Source of the DNA: Schmidtea polychroa
Taxonomy: Eukaryota
NCBI GenBank assembly: GCA_044892525.1
Contig: CM097885.1
Location: 17,982,001 to 18,046,000 of the forward strand
Direction: 5' to 3'
DNA: 64,000 bases
The notes beneath the pieces were generated by a model. The model was given only the letters and a program-made list of their open reading frames with translations. It was not told the DNA's origin and did not search any database. Shown in pieces: positions 1 to 14,726 of this stretch. The first letter of the stretch is position 1; every line of letters begins with the position of its first letter. The position numbers were made by a program, and so were the translations under genes.

Positions 1-2468
1 AATATATTTGTTCGTTCTAACCTACATGAAATATGAATATTTTTATATTTTCCAAATAGTATTTTAACGAAATATGAGGATGGCGGAAAATAAGCTTATG
101 GCCAGATACGCAGGGCTGGCACTGAGTCTGAATAAAGTGAGTGCCTGAGAGAATTCATAAAAATACCGTAAGTGGTAATAAACAAGTGCTGAAATTGTCA
201 AAAGTAGAAATCAAAGACAACAAAATGAAAAATGGATTATTGACGTGCAATAATGTTTGAGAGTTCAAACGAAGTTTAAAGGAAGTTAGACTTATTTTAT
301 CGAATTATAAAACAATTAAAAAATGTAATAATTTATTGAACGTTGTAAGGCTTATGAATATTTTTTTCAGTTTTGTGCTTGAATAAATTTAATTTTAATT
401 GAATAAAATAAAATTTTAAATAAGAAATTTTACTTCAGGATTTAATCAAAACATTTGAAATTAAATTACAAATTTTCAATCGTGACGTAATTTCTAAAAA
501 ATTTAAATATTTATCGAATACAAAACATTCCTTGCAGATTTAGATTTTCTCGAAAATCCAGATCAAAAATTATTGAACAAATTTCTCGCTACTAATTTGT
601 CCTATGAATTATGTATTTTGAATTTTATTGCTCAATAAAAATGCATATTATGTACATACGTATGATGTATATCAGAACCTTTACAGTTTTCATTAATATT
701 TTACATGAATTTTTGAATTAAATACAATTTCTTATTTCATATTACACGGTTTTCAGATGGCATGGATCGTATCCTCTATTTCATTATAGGAAATGTTTTG
801 GGTTATTGGGTTGGTGATAAAACTTTAAATTTCTTAATCTGACTCCAAGCGTGCTTTGACTGACCCACAAATAATATTTGACAACAGAAATCTTTATTGA
901 TAATCACAAATAACTTTCACTTGACACTGACAATCAATTCAACACTCTGCTTGGTGACTATACTATGCTTATTACAACACTCAGTGAGGAATAGCACTTG
1001 TGTATACCACCGGATTGAAAGATCACTAATTACTGATTGGTTTATCAACTGGGACTTTGAGCTGGTTGTTTTCTTTGACCTTCTTCACAACTTTATTCAA
1101 ATACTCATGTAACTTCTTTTCGTCTAATTTGTCAACTAATTCATTTCTTCAAATCTTCTCCAATAATTATTCTTCACAATTATTTTCTTTACAATTAATT
1201 CCCACAAATCGTCTCTCCACTTAAAGTAGGGACCTATGAAACCTTAAGCCATATCATGGCAATGTTGTGTAATCGAAAATTCCACATTTAAAAATTTCTA
1301 CTTCATGCCACAACAACCGGACTGTTACTACATTTCATCTGTTTAAATTATTTTGGGTAAGACTGTATTAATTTTTTAACCTCAATTTCTCTTACCAAAA
1401 TGGCATGACTGCATAATAATTTTTTACATAAAAGTATACGTCTTTAGGACACAGAAGGACACAGTGCAGTTTACTGTTGACTTGGGACCTAACTTAGTTT
1501 CCAACCTTCGTTTCACTGGGACACAGTCATTATCAAGTAGATTTTTTTTAAATGTATTTTGCAAAATTACTCTAACATATTTTATTTAATTTTAGGAGAA
1601 CGTAAAATTCGCGAGTTTATGATAAGGTACTCAAAATAATTCGACTCTTAGGGACCGTGCAATGAGTTAATACGGTTCTGTTTTGAGTCATTATTTTAAG
1701 AGATGAAAAACAATTTAAGAAGTGGAATGACTGATGAATGCGGATCACCGTGTTTTACTCTAAATAATAGTGTATGAATCAGATATAAAACGTTAGATAT
1801 TTACTATTCCAACAAAACAATCCCATTTAATGAGTGAATGCTGTAATTATAAAATGAAATTATGTTATTTTGCTTTTAAAATTAAATTTTCAATTACATG
1901 ACGAATTTTCCATTAATTTTATCCATTATTCAAACACTACGCTACATGTCAGTAACGCGTAAAATAAAAAAATTTGATGTGCACCACCACAATGATATAT
2001 TTGTTTGCATGAAATAAGAACTTCTATAATATAAAAAAAATCAATAACGTTATATTATCGAAACACACAAACTTCTATGTGTGTAAAAATTTAAAGTTGC
2101 ATAAAATCAAATCTTTTATATAGAAGTTGAAAGGTGGATAGAAAAATAAATTCAACACACAAACACAACACATAGTAAAAAAGTACATATAAACTTTCAA
2201 TACGTAGAAATAGTTCATGAAATAGACTTTAAACATATTTGGAAAAAAAGTGTCAGATTAATATTAAGAATTCAATAAAAATATGAAAATATAAATTTCT
2301 AAACCCACATTTTTAAATGATAAATTCAACACAATAATAATAATAATAAATAAATTTTTCATTTTATTGAATATATAGTTCGCAGCAAAAGGCTTATATT
2401 AACATTTAATTAATGCTGATACAAAGAAATAAAAAAAAATCATCACTTTATTACTATTATTATTATTA

Positions 2469-2517
<49 letters not shown>

Positions 2518-3844
2518 AATTTGTCTGGCTCAAAAAAATAAATTAATTCACAGATCTTTTGACAATGACATATTATTGAAATTTAACCATTAAGCCAATA
2601 TTTACAGAGGAAATTTCGATTGACAAAAATTTGATTCCAATGCACAAAATAATATTTGGCCAGATGGATTTTCGAAATGAAATAAGAAATATTGTATAAT
2701 TATTTTCTTTTTGATAGACGAGATCAAACCGAAAAAGTTTGACAGGCAATGTTCCAGTCACAGCAATTCTAATACCGACATTTGGGTGTTGTCAGTGATT
2801 TTATAGGTTTTTTGGGTGGGGATTTTCAGGGGAAATTTACCATTTCGATATTATCCAGGAATCCAAACAGGTTTCGTAGCGATTTTGCAATTCTCAAATC
2901 TACTTACGGTCAAACTTTGTTAATATTTGGGTTCATTTCAATTTTTAAAAAGTCTGATAGCAATTTAAAACATCTGGGAAATGAAAAGCGCTTTCTAATC
3001 GTGTATATTTCCAAAGTTCGAAATTTATTATAAGGTAGATAAATAAGTAATAAAACTTCAATACATATTGAGCCTGATATAAAAGGTTTGATTCTAGTTA
3101 TAAAGAGGAGTACCGGAAAGTAATCAATTATTATTTAACAACTTTTTAAACATTTATTGTATTAAAACAATAAAGATTTACCGGAAAATAATGAATTATA
3201 TTCAAAATAGATAATACAGATATATAATTTGAAATAAACTGGATTGTAGGGTCTTATATGGAAGTTCATAAAACTTATTTAAGACATTGCATGAGGTTTT
3301 TGTTTTACTAGGGATGAATGCAACTGAGGCTACCAGAAACATCTGCGCTACTTATGGCGGTGTAATGAAAGTTTAGAAAGTTTACATGTGGTGATTTTGA
3401 TCTTTCTGCTGGTGAACGTTGTGGAAAGCCATCCAAGCTGAATGTTGAGTTAACTCATATTTTTTCGTTGAAAGATGGAAATATTTTCACAAAGTGATTT
3501 AAAGAGCTTTAGGAACATTGACAAACCATTATAAATAATTGTGGAAATTACATAATTCATTAACATATAATTTTTCCTAATAAAATAAATATTTAAAAAT
3601 TTGTCAAATAATAATTGATGGTGGGAAATGTATCCAAAATAATAGAATAAATTATATAATAACTTTCAGCAAGTATCTTTGATAAAGTTAATAACTTCCT
3701 CTTTGAAATTGGTCTTTGGAAGCACGAAAAATATATTTTTGTTTGAATTTTATTTTGATTTTCAAACAATAAAAATTTATTGAAAAAATATTCATTTAAC
3801 CCAGCCTCTTTTGGTTGATTATAATTTGAAAAAATAATTCTTAA

Positions 3845-4140
3845 CCTCTTAACGGTTCCATTTCTCCGGGGAAAACGTTTCAAAAAAGGTCGTATTTTTT
3901 ATTGTCAATAATGAAAGACTAGGTTATAAGGATGTTATCCATAAGAAAATTTCATCAAAATCTTATATGGTTCAAAAAATATAAATATTTATTTGCGACC
4001 TAAAAAAGTCCATACGGGATAATCTAAATCGAAACAGAAGCGCAGAATTCCATTTAAATTTAATATAAATCCTGCCCGTATATATGCGGGATAATCAAAA
4101 AATCAAAAAAAATATATATACGGGTAAAACCGTTAAGAGG
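3845..4140. mobile_element. piggyBac-type MITE
   Basis: TIRs CCTCTTAACGGTT / AACCGTTAAGAGG flanked by TTAA on both sides (3841-3844, 4141-4144). Confidence 0.8.
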
Positions 4141-5399
4141 TTAATGATATTGTTGAGGTTACAAAACATTAATTAAAAATGAAATTATAAAATAAAAAAT
4201 GGTAAAATTATTAAATTAAGAGAAAATGATGGACACGAATGGAAAATGATAAAAGAAATAATATTTCACAACTGGGGTCCTTAAACTGTTAAAATAGAAT
4301 ATTTTTATTAATTAATTTCAAATTATTTTGAACATCAATTATTGAAATAGGATAAACAAAAGTCACTGTTTGTCAACAAGAACAGTTCAAATATTAAATT
4401 AAATTAATTTTCTTCACATTACTATTCTGTTTGAAAAAATAAGAGATAAAAATTTAACGAGTTTGAAGAACTGAAATTATTAAAACCTCTCTAATTTGAA
4501 AATTGAATTTCATTATTAGTTTAATAGTTTTCTGAAATTTTACTTGTAGATTTAAAATTTATTTTCAGAAAATCTATAAAAAAATTTCACTTATTTTTAT
4601 ATTTATAAAGTGATGATTTAAATCAGATTTAAAGAAGCAATTATCATCATAAACTGACGGCCAATAATCTACACTAAAGAAAAAATCAATGAAATCATCA
4701 GTTTGATTTGTTGTTATTGACCTTGAGTATAGCTTGTAAAAAATTATATTAAAAAGTAAAAAATAATAATTTAAAATAATATAGAAAAATTAGATGAAAT
4801 ATAATTTTAAAAGATCATTAAGAATAAAAATCAAAATAGGAACATCTTTTAAAATATTTAAATTGCGTATATGAATAGTTATTGGAAACTAGATTTTATA
4901 AATATTTTAAGATATTATTTCTATGAGCTAATTACAGAAGTTTTTAAAATTAAAAACATTTATAGTGTTTCGTTTTGAATTTTAAAGGATATTTAATTAT
5001 AAAAAATACTTTTAAATTTTAAATTCTTCAAAAAAAAAGTTTATTATTTTAAACCAACGAGAAGTAAGAAAAAGAAAATAAAAGAGAAGATCAAAAAGCA
5101 TTTTGAAAATAGAAGAAGCTAAATTCCATGAAATTGAAAAGGCCAATATTATAGTCGAAATTTTTTCATTTGTATTAAATATAATATTCGCAGGAAAAGG
5201 CTTAAATAATCATTTAATTGTTTAAATTTATATCACATCAAAAATAATGTTTTAAAAAATTTTAAAAATGGTTAAAGATTAAATTTTAAATTAAAGATAA
5301 TATTTATGTAAGTATTTATGTAATGTAAATTTTTAAAATAATAATAATAATTTGTTTAATTCATTTAAGAAATCTATAATATCAATTGTTTTTTTCACC

Positions 5400-5440
5400 T
5401 TACCTGATGATGACAGTGAAACTATCGAAATATATTGCAA
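5400..5440 (+). ncRNA. Degenerate minimal hammerhead ribozyme copy
   Basis: CTGATGA-T-GACAGT-GAA-ACTATC-GAAA-TATA-TT; same family as the better copy at 44842-44882. Confidence 0.5.
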
Positions 5441-5749
5441 AGCGTATGTTCTAATAATTCAATTATTACCATGTTTATTTCATTATTTAATGAAAAAGAT
5501 TATTGAATATATTTGTATTTTACATTTTTCATTTTGAAATATTTATTCTTACTACAGAAACAAAAGTAAATTTTAATTAGTAAATATTTCATATACAATT
5601 TTAATGACAAAAGTTTTATTGTGTGATAAAACTGTAAAAACACGATTTACAAAATTTGTGTTTAAAAAATATAAATATTTCTTTATTGTAGCCCTTTTCA
5701 ATGAAATTTACATTAATTTTTTAATTATGTTTACCTTATGACAATTATG

Positions 5750-5941
<192 letters not shown>

Positions 5942-6246
5942 TTATTATGCAAGTAATTTAACAGAAATTAACCTTGTTAAAAAATGTAAAAGTAAATTAA
6001 CAGTTTTCGTAATATTTTCCGTTTAATTAAGTGATTTGCACATTCCCAGGTGGTGGATGCATATAACATTTCAAAACAAATTACTGATTTTACCAATTTT
6101 ACAAATTTTTTTCTGAAATAAATTTATTTATGTCAAACTTAGTCAACGACATCATGTAATCGTACAAAGATTAATTCTATCATATTTTTTTGTTTAGATC
6201 AGAAATGAAAAAAGAGGAATTCCAAAAATAAAATAAAAACAACAAG

Positions 6247-6543
6247 TTACCATAAAATCAGGCAAACCACATAAAAAATAATTAAAAAATGAAATAAAAT
6301 CCCTGACAAAATCTTTTTCCCCTTTCCCCTGAATTGAAAACCAATTTATAAAACGTTTTAGTAATTCTTACGATGATCTTTGGCTCGATCGGGAGAGGAA
6401 AGAATTCCAGGCAATCTCGAAGTGGAATTGGAACGCTGATATAACCGACTTAACGGATGATTCCAGTCGAATTTGTCAGCCGGTTGCTGACCGGGTTTCG
6501 ATAATTTAAAACTCATGTTTCCGTTACTGGTAGGTTTTTTCAT
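6247..6543 (-). CDS. Candidate two-exon tail-anchored microprotein, 75 aa (exons 6543-6372, 6302-6247)
   Basis: GC-richer ORF MKKPTSNG...AKDH. A phase-1 intron GTAAGA...TTTTGTCAG (69 nt) joins it to RILFHFLIIFYVVCLILW*. An unspliced 61 aa form or a 43-nt-intron form is also possible. Confidence 0.5.
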
Positions 6544-9500
6544 CGGAGAAAACTCTCAAAATTCAGAACAATTTTGTATATTCTGTTAATTTTTAAAAAC
6601 AAAAAAAAACAAAAAATGAAATTCGATTTAATTATTTAATTTAAAATTTGAAAGAAAAAGAAAAATAACAATAGATTAAATTGATCTGTGCACAAATTAT
6701 ATTGAAAAGTCTATGGAGATATTGCTCAGTAGTTGTGTTGTGTACATGCGTGCATTTGCCGTGCATTTGCTGTGCGCTTGCTGTGCACCTTCCGTGTTAC
6801 GGCACATTTACGGTTAGGTTTTCCATAATAGAGATGACATAATTTCTGTAGACTAGAATGGAAATGTGAAATGAAAATTGGATATTGAGTATTCACTCAT
6901 TTGTGAAAGAATTCGATTGAGTTCACTCAACCTTATCTGATAAGCAGAGATAAGGGACAAATATTTGAAAGTGAGAAATAAGTATTTAATTAATTTTAAG
7001 ACGTTTTTCAATGCAGCTGTTTGGGAAGTTTTTGATTTTTATTGTTGATATTCTAATTTTAATTTTATTTTCCGTGAGAAATAATCTCAACTGGAGAATT
7101 TAATGGCATTCATAGAATAAAAAATCAACTGATTCTTTTAGGAAATCTGGATATCTAGATTCTAGAATAATTACATCAGTCAATGAAGTTTCAACGAACA
7201 ATATTATCTACAAAGACGAGGATGATATGGATAACATTTGGAATTTTTCTTTTTTCTTTTTTTGCGAATAAGTTCTTTGCCATTTGTCAAACAAATTCAA
7301 CAAAAATGATAAATGCATATACGAGGGTCAAGTCTTTTCTATTGAATTTAAAATTTTTTAAAAGTATTAAAAATTTACCAAGACCTTCATTCATAAACAC
7401 AATCAACTTTTCGACTCCTATAAATCAAAATACTTTTAAAATAATTATCTTATTAATTTTTAAAAAAATAATTGCCCACTAAAATATTTTTAAAGCATCA
7501 TTTAAACGTGTGTCATATTTAAACTATTTAATAAATACTTGATAAAGGCTCTATAAAAAATTTGTGGTTATACTTACAATGTTCATTGAAAAAAAAATCA
7601 GTGATGAAAATTGATAAAAGTACTTATAAAACTTATTATTGGTCTGTTAGTAATATATAACAAACCTTATTTGTAATAAAATTAATTAACAATAACGTGA
7701 AAAATGAATTGATAGTGTACAATTTGTATAATTCTTGTATGTCTACAGTATATACAGGGCCGTGTCTTCCTTAGGGCGAAATTGGCATTTGTCAAGGGCG
7801 CCAAAAGATTAGAGGCACTCGCTTTGCGCTCAATATTCGAAAAAAATTGTTACAAATAATTTTTTTAAAAGTTAATTGTATTGTGTTTTACGGATTTTTA
7901 TTTTTTGCTTTCCAAAAATTTTTCTTAATATTAAATTCATTACAAAATCAATGTATGTATTTCTTTTCATTTGATGATACATGCATATTCGTATCTAGTT
8001 AAAACCATAAAAATAAGAAAATAACACGAGAGAACTACGTTAGAATTTTTATTAGCTATTAAGTATATAAAAAAAGTCTTAGTATAAATCTCGATTGTTT
8101 TATATTTTCAATAAAAAATTTTAATACATCAAGTAGACTGGCTTAGGTTTAAAGTCCTAACCTTAAGAGTGACCCTCTAGAAGTTAAAACACCACTTTAA
8201 AAGAATATAAATCAACAACAGTTAATTTTATACAAATTTTTGGTATATAATTTATCAAGTGTTTTTGGGTTAAATTCGGCACAGCAGCCGCAAATTTTAC
8301 AATTAATTTAATGTATTACAAAATTGTCTGACACTATACTGAATTTGACTATAATTTTTATACTTATTACAATTCATAAAAAATATTTGATATATCGGGA
8401 ACTTTTCCAGATGTTGAAACACTGATGCAAATAATGTTTAAACATTGGGAGTGATGAAAATTATGTCTTTCATGCAAAAAGTTAAAAAATAATTTTAAAA
8501 ATAGGATCACAAATTTTCGGTACTGTATATTAACAGTCCAAAAGTTGTTAATTTTAATAATGGACGTTATCGCATGGCCAAATGTAGAACAAAATGTTGA
8601 ACCCTTTAAATAGTGAACATCCTAATATATGACACAAAAAAAAAGATTTTTTTGTTTGTTTCTGGTTTTTGAGACATAATAATAAATTCTTTAATATTTA
8701 AACTAGATAACAAAATATGATCACAGGTTCATTGTAAACACTGAGCTAAAAATTGAATTTCAGGTCATTTATAATTTATTTTCAAAAAATGGTGTAATTT
8801 ATTAAATTTGTATTTAAATATAGATTTTTAAAGCTCTTCTCAAATGTTTTCATTCATAAATTATTTCAGGAAATTTTTCCATGTGACTCTGATAATTTTG
8901 TCCCTGTTCCGTGACTTCGACTAATATTTTTAATTATTTTCTAAATACCTAAAAATAATTAATTTAAAATTTAATATTTCTTCTTTAAATTATGTTTTTC
9001 GATGCTTTTCTTCTATATTTTCCATAATTTCCAGTAATCTATCATCATTTTATAAATTTCTAAAAAAGTTTCAAATTGAATTTTATTTTAATAAATTATA
9101 ATTTGCATTGGTCCGCTTTCCTACTCTATTACTTATAGAAAGGTGGAATGTGATAAATAGCTTTAAAAATCCATAAATTACATATTTTTATAATTAAAAT
9201 TATCCGTAATAAATGATCTTACCCATAATATTTGTCCGTCTGTGTATATTTTTTATTATAGGGTTGTTGTATGCATTGTATTTTATTTTTCTCGCTAAAA
9301 TAACTTTTCCGCTTTTCTATAGTAAATGCAATTAATTTATGCCAGTGCTCATACTTTTTGTTCTTTGACTTGATTTTGCAAGGGAATTAATTAGTATAAC
9401 AGGGTCATTTACTGATGCAGGAGACAATGCCATAATCCGGAATAAATAGTCTATAGCATAATAAAAAGAATTTTGAATAAGACGAACAAGATAAGGATTC

Positions 9501-10686
9501 TGATGATGAAAAATTAGTCACATAAAAGTATTATGAGATATATGGTTATAAAATTAATATTTGTATTTTGTACATTATCAGCACTGGAGATTAGGGGGCC
9601 AAATAAAAATACGAGTGAATTACACTCCAGGAACGAAAAATCAAAGTTCTTACGAAAATAATGCAAGAAAAAAATTTGGACTTTAAAAATTATTTAAAAA
9701 ATAATTTTCTGAAAAAAATGTCAGATGTTTTGCAAGCAGTTAAAAATTTTTTTTATTTTTTTTATTCATAAAAGTTTTCTTTTTCACTTCATTTCAAGAC
9801 AAAATTTAAGTAGAATTTTAAATTGACATAGATAAATACTTTCGTATAAATAATTTTCAATAAAATAACAATAAAATAATTATAATACTGAAGAAAGTAC
9901 GACTGGCATTAAAGGTCATTAAAAATTTCACAACACATTTTCTGCATAATATACCATGGAAAATTGATGATGGACGTTGACAATTATCAAATTTAACACT
10001 GACAAATTGAACATAAGAACTCAAAAATCTGTTTCTATGAGAAAATATTTTTTCATGGACAGATGCGTTGCATCATTTTTGGAAAATATACACGAGACAT
10101 TTTTGTAGCATGTTTTTTTCGGGATAAACTGTAAAAATATTTTTCGATTAAATATTAATTTTAGTCATTACGCTTTTGTTGGTATAATAAAAATCTAGCA
10201 AGTTAACAGTTATATGTAACTTACGATAATTATGAAGTTGGAGTTTTTTTTATTTTTATTAAAAAACAAAATACGAAAATATACTTTAAACATGTTGCAA
10301 TGATCAAAACAACATAATACAAATAATTAGGCAAGCCATTTCCGCATAGTTTATTAATTGAAAAATTGTTGAACTAAAGAGATTTTGTTCACTCCAATAT
10401 GAAATGTAACTGTTCTTTCTAATGATAAGAATCAAATTTTTCTTTTCTTTTTCTTGTTGTTCAATTGACATACTTTCACAAATATAATCATTTAAATATT
10501 TTTAAAATAATTTCTTTCAATTTTTCCAAATTTTGATCATAATTATCAGCGGTTTTTTGCACCAGTGTCATTTAAAATTGACATTTAATTGACATCTATG
10601 ATCAGACATAAGATCGTCAATATAATTCTTTAATATTTATTCGATTAAAAATGTATCTCAAAAACTATATTAATATTCATTGTTAA

Positions 10687-10883
10687 CACTCTAAGCGCCA
10701 CAGAAAAAACAGGCCTTTTTAACATGTTATTGCCAGACACAAAATCGACCTGATCGACCTTATGCAAATGAACTTACCTATTACGAAAATCACAGTAGAC
10801 TAAAATATTTCCGTATTTTCTCTTTCTTTGCTGTCACTGCAAACCACTGTCAGTCAAAAATGACTGACATGGCACTGAGAGTG
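10687..10883. mobile_element. piggyBac-type MITE
   Basis: Imperfect TIRs CACTCTAAGCGCCA / TGGCACTGAGAGTG with TTAA on both sides. Confidence 0.7.
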
Positions 10884-10956
10884 TTAAATAATTCAAAGTC
10901 TGGTATATTCTAAAATCTATTTTATGGCAATATAGTTCAAGGATCGAAGACTATTA

Positions 10957-11860
10957 TGTAATAATGAACATGAAATATGAGACATGTTTCAGACATACAA
11001 TAACATACACTCACGCATCAAACCATTCACGATAATTATTAATCAGGTAATTTAATTATTAAATTACTTATATCCCCCGCTTTAAAATGTTTTAACCATT
11101 CAATATTAAGAATGATCGTAGAATCTGAATTATCTAAAATTTCTGTATCGATTATCATCTTTATTTCGTAAATCTATTTTAACTAATATTTTATCTTTAA
11201 AGTTGAAAGTTCTATGAATTCTTTTATGATTGTCGTAAAGGTTGGTGTTATTACGCTCTTTAATTTCTTGCATTACTCACTTCTGCTTCCTATTGATTTT
11301 TTTGATATAGTCCGATATGTTTTCGTTTGCTGTTGTCTCGTTGTACGAAACAATGTTTGTTTATGCGTTTGCCAAATATCATTTCTACTGATGAATGTTT
11401 AGTAGTCTTCTGAAATGTGGAATTTAATGTATTTTCTATTTGTGGTAGTGAATCGTCCCAGTTTTTGTACAACTTATCATTAATACAACACTGTATCCAA
11501 TCTCGTATTGTTTGAAATTGTCTTTCCAGTTGATTCAAAACATTTCCATCTATCTACGCAGATTACTTTTGATAAACCAAATTTTAATATCCATTTATGT
11601 AATAGAATGTTATATACAATCCTCTCATCATGGGCTTTAACCGCTTCTAAAACAACATATTTACTGTACTGATCAATCATGGCCATAATATACTTTTTTC
11701 CACTAAACGTTATCTTAAGTGGATTATCAAAAGTGGACCACAAAAATCAATGAAAGCAATTTCAAATAGTTCATTTGACGATAATTTATCAACTATTTCA
11801 AGCGTTTTTGATGTTAAAACTTTTCTTTTCTGGCAAATTTCACAAGCATTTATCACATGT
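10957..11860 (-). mobile_element. Degenerate Ty3/Gypsy relic (integrase, PPT, possible short 3' LTR)
   Basis: Frameshifted integrase motifs IAFIDFCGP, YIMAMIDQYSKY, QLERQFQTIRDWI, LNSTFQKTT; polypurine tract AAAGCGGGGGA at ~11073-11083. Confidence 0.8.
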
Positions 11861-12414
11861 TACGTTGTATCAATTGAAAAAAGAATGGGAAGCTGCTCAA
11901 TCACTTTTAGATCTCAACAAACTTTTCAATAAATTTACTCCAAAGAAATAACAAAAGATCAAAAACAAGATTTATCTAGACCAACTTAATTGCCTTTATA
12001 CTGCTATTCAACCAAAAAACCACGCAAAAAGAATTACATTGCCTACTATCATGTCAAACTCAAATATATTAGTGAGCAAAATGTTTTACATATATAAAGG
12101 ATTTTACCAAAGATTTTTTTCTTATTCCATTGTTTATCTTTCGTTGTCCTTTCTTGAAAACTGTATAATCTTCCGATAAAATTAATTTAGTGATAGAATA
12201 ATATTTTTTTTGTTTCTGTTTGAGTAAATAAATCAAGATTGGTGAACAAACTCTTGAAAAGGTTGTGTCGAAAATTCGTGATAAATAAATATAAATATTG
12301 AATTTTAGTCTGAAATGAAAATAAAGGAAATCAATAAACATAATATTAATGAAAGGAAACAGCCGGTTGTCTAGTTGCGTGTTGAAATGCTTGAGGTTAC
12401 CTAAACCCTTTATA

Positions 12415-12742
12415 CTTATGGACCCCGTTAATTCGACTTTTTTGGGTCAGTTGAATATCCGTAACAAGTTGGCACAGATAATTAGAATTCCTAGTTAAAT
12501 AAATCCTTTAGATTTTTGAACTTTTTTTTTGACTTAAATCGATGGTTAATTCGATGGTAATGAAATTGTTACGCTAAAGAATTTTAGAAGATTTTTATTA
12601 AACGTCGAAGAACTTTTAAAAGATTTAAATTTTTTCTAAGATACAAGCCAGTACCCCCCCCCCCCATTAAATTCGATCCCCTCGTTTATTAAACTTATTT
12701 TTTAAGTAAGTTATAGGATCAAATTACCGGGGATCCACCTGT
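12415..12742. mobile_element. Tc1/pogo-like MITE (degenerate)
   Basis: Imperfect inverted ends TGGACCCCGTTAATTCGA / TCAAATTACCGGGGATCCACCTGTA. Confidence 0.45.
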
Positions 12743-13001
12743 ATATTAAAATCCTTAGAAGTATTTAATACAAATAATTCCATTAATTGTTTTAATTACA
12801 AATCTATCAGTTCTTTATACAATAATGTTTATTTTGAATTTTTATTAACTTTAAAAATGGAAAAAAATTTTAATTCCTAAAATTAATAATGATAATGCTA
12901 AAACTCTAATTTAATTACTTTTTTTTCTCACTTATTTACAAGCTACAATAGTCTTCTTAGTAATAATTATGATAATTTTGTGTAATATTTTATAAATATA
13001 A

Positions 13002-13836
13002 TTAAATCATTCGCACTTCACACTGGAACACACGAATGTAGGTTGCTAGAGAATCGGTTTGAATCATTTGTATCACTAATAGAACTAATGGCACTAATAG
13101 CACAATGATGCTGAAAGCGACCAATAGAAATCGTTCTAAAAAAGTCACTAAACAACTTGCATAAAATTTATTATTTATTTATTTATTTTCACAATCTATC
13201 AAAATGAATTTATAAAATTTAAAAAATAAATTGCAAAATTGATTAATAAAATAACCATACAAATTAATTTAATCAATTTCAAAGAAATAAAATTTAACAA
13301 ATAGATTTTTTAAAATAATTAATATAAAAACAAATTGAAATCACAATAAAGTTTTTAAGCAAATGCAAAAAATTACAATTTTAAATAATATAATAAAAAA
13401 TAAGGATGCCAGATGTCCGATATTACGGCTATTTGTCCAGTAAAGGAATACTGAAGGAATATCGGGCATGCATTTGTAATCAACGCAATTATTAATAATA
13501 ATGTGAATGTGAATTTTTAATTTATAATATAATTATATAACAATATTATGTGCCATTTTATCTGGATATGAAATTTGTGAATATCAGTGTCGGTGGCACA
13601 AACAATATTGTGTCACCCCCCTCTGACCGACACTGATATTTAATGTCAAAATAGCACGACAGCAAAATGCCCGATATTTTTGAGACAATCATTTGGCATC
13701 CCTAATAAAAAATAATAAAAAAAATCCACTAACTCCATGAAATTGACGAATTATCCGATAAATTTGTTATCGAAACAGCCTTTTTCATTCCAGTGAGACT
13801 GGTTGGAATTTTCAATTGTTTCTTTAGAACGTTCAT
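13002..13836 (-). CDS. Candidate two-exon single-pass membrane microprotein, 78 aa (exons 13836-13734, 13135-13002)
   Basis: MNVLKKQLKIPTSLTGMKKAVSITNLSDNSSISW joined by a phase-1 intron GTTAGT...TTTTTAG to KRFLLVAFSIIVLLVPLVLLVIQMIQTDSLATYIRVFQCEVRMI*; frame consistent, clear hydrophobic helix. Confidence 0.65.
13401..13704. mobile_element. hAT-type MITE in the microprotein intron
   Basis: TIRs TAAGGATGCCAGATG / CATTTGGCATCCCTA, 8-bp TSD ATAAAAAA; internal inverted pair AATATCAGTGTCGGT...ACCGACACTGATATT. Confidence 0.75.
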
Positions 13837-14588
13837 AGTTTTAAATAATTAATTAATCCAACAACAGATCGTAAGAAAACTGAAAGAAGAACAATTGCAT
13901 TTGCTGGTAGCGATGAGTTTTAATTGACTGTATTTTTATTGTTGGAAAATACTCTGGCACGTTTGCTTAAGTATGTACAAATAAAACATACAAACTAAGG
14001 CAGCACTCAGATTGGAATCGCAACACACACACACATACAACTCGTACATGTGAAAGATGAAGAGCACACAATAAACACACAATCACACACACAAACTCAT
14101 ACCTGTACACACATGCATACCCAGCGTTAATCTGTCGGAGTGTGTTTCAGTGCAAATACTGTTCACAAATTCACCGAATAATTCAGGGAATAATTTTCGC
14201 ATCCAATACACCATTCGAATGGGAATTTATACTACTTATTTCACTTGAGATAGTACTATACTTTTATCAAACAACTCTCATCATAATGGGCATTATTTAT
14301 ATTTCATAGACTTCGTAGATTTCATAGAATTGGCCTTTTAAGTGTTGATTTATGTACCGAGAGAATTTTTTATATAATTGTTTCCCATGATCTTATAAAT
14401 GATTCATGGCCATTCTTTTATCATTACAGATAATTGGAAATTTAGAAATAAATAATAAGAAAATTGTATTGAACAAGACTTTTTGTTTTCCTTATCAACA
14501 ACTATTTGAAATGAAAACATTTCATAAAACAATAATAAAACAATGAAAACAAATTATCAAATATTCAGTTTCAAGGGTTGGTCTTGGA

Positions 14589-14726
<138 letters not shown>

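Noticed and set aside
800..1320. Possible LTR retrotransposon leader or LTR remnant
   Set aside because: No termini, PBS or coding motif could be fixed
2550..3033. GC-richer stretch with short ORFs on both strands
   Set aside because: No consistent splice model or recognisable motif; may be UTR or decayed repeat
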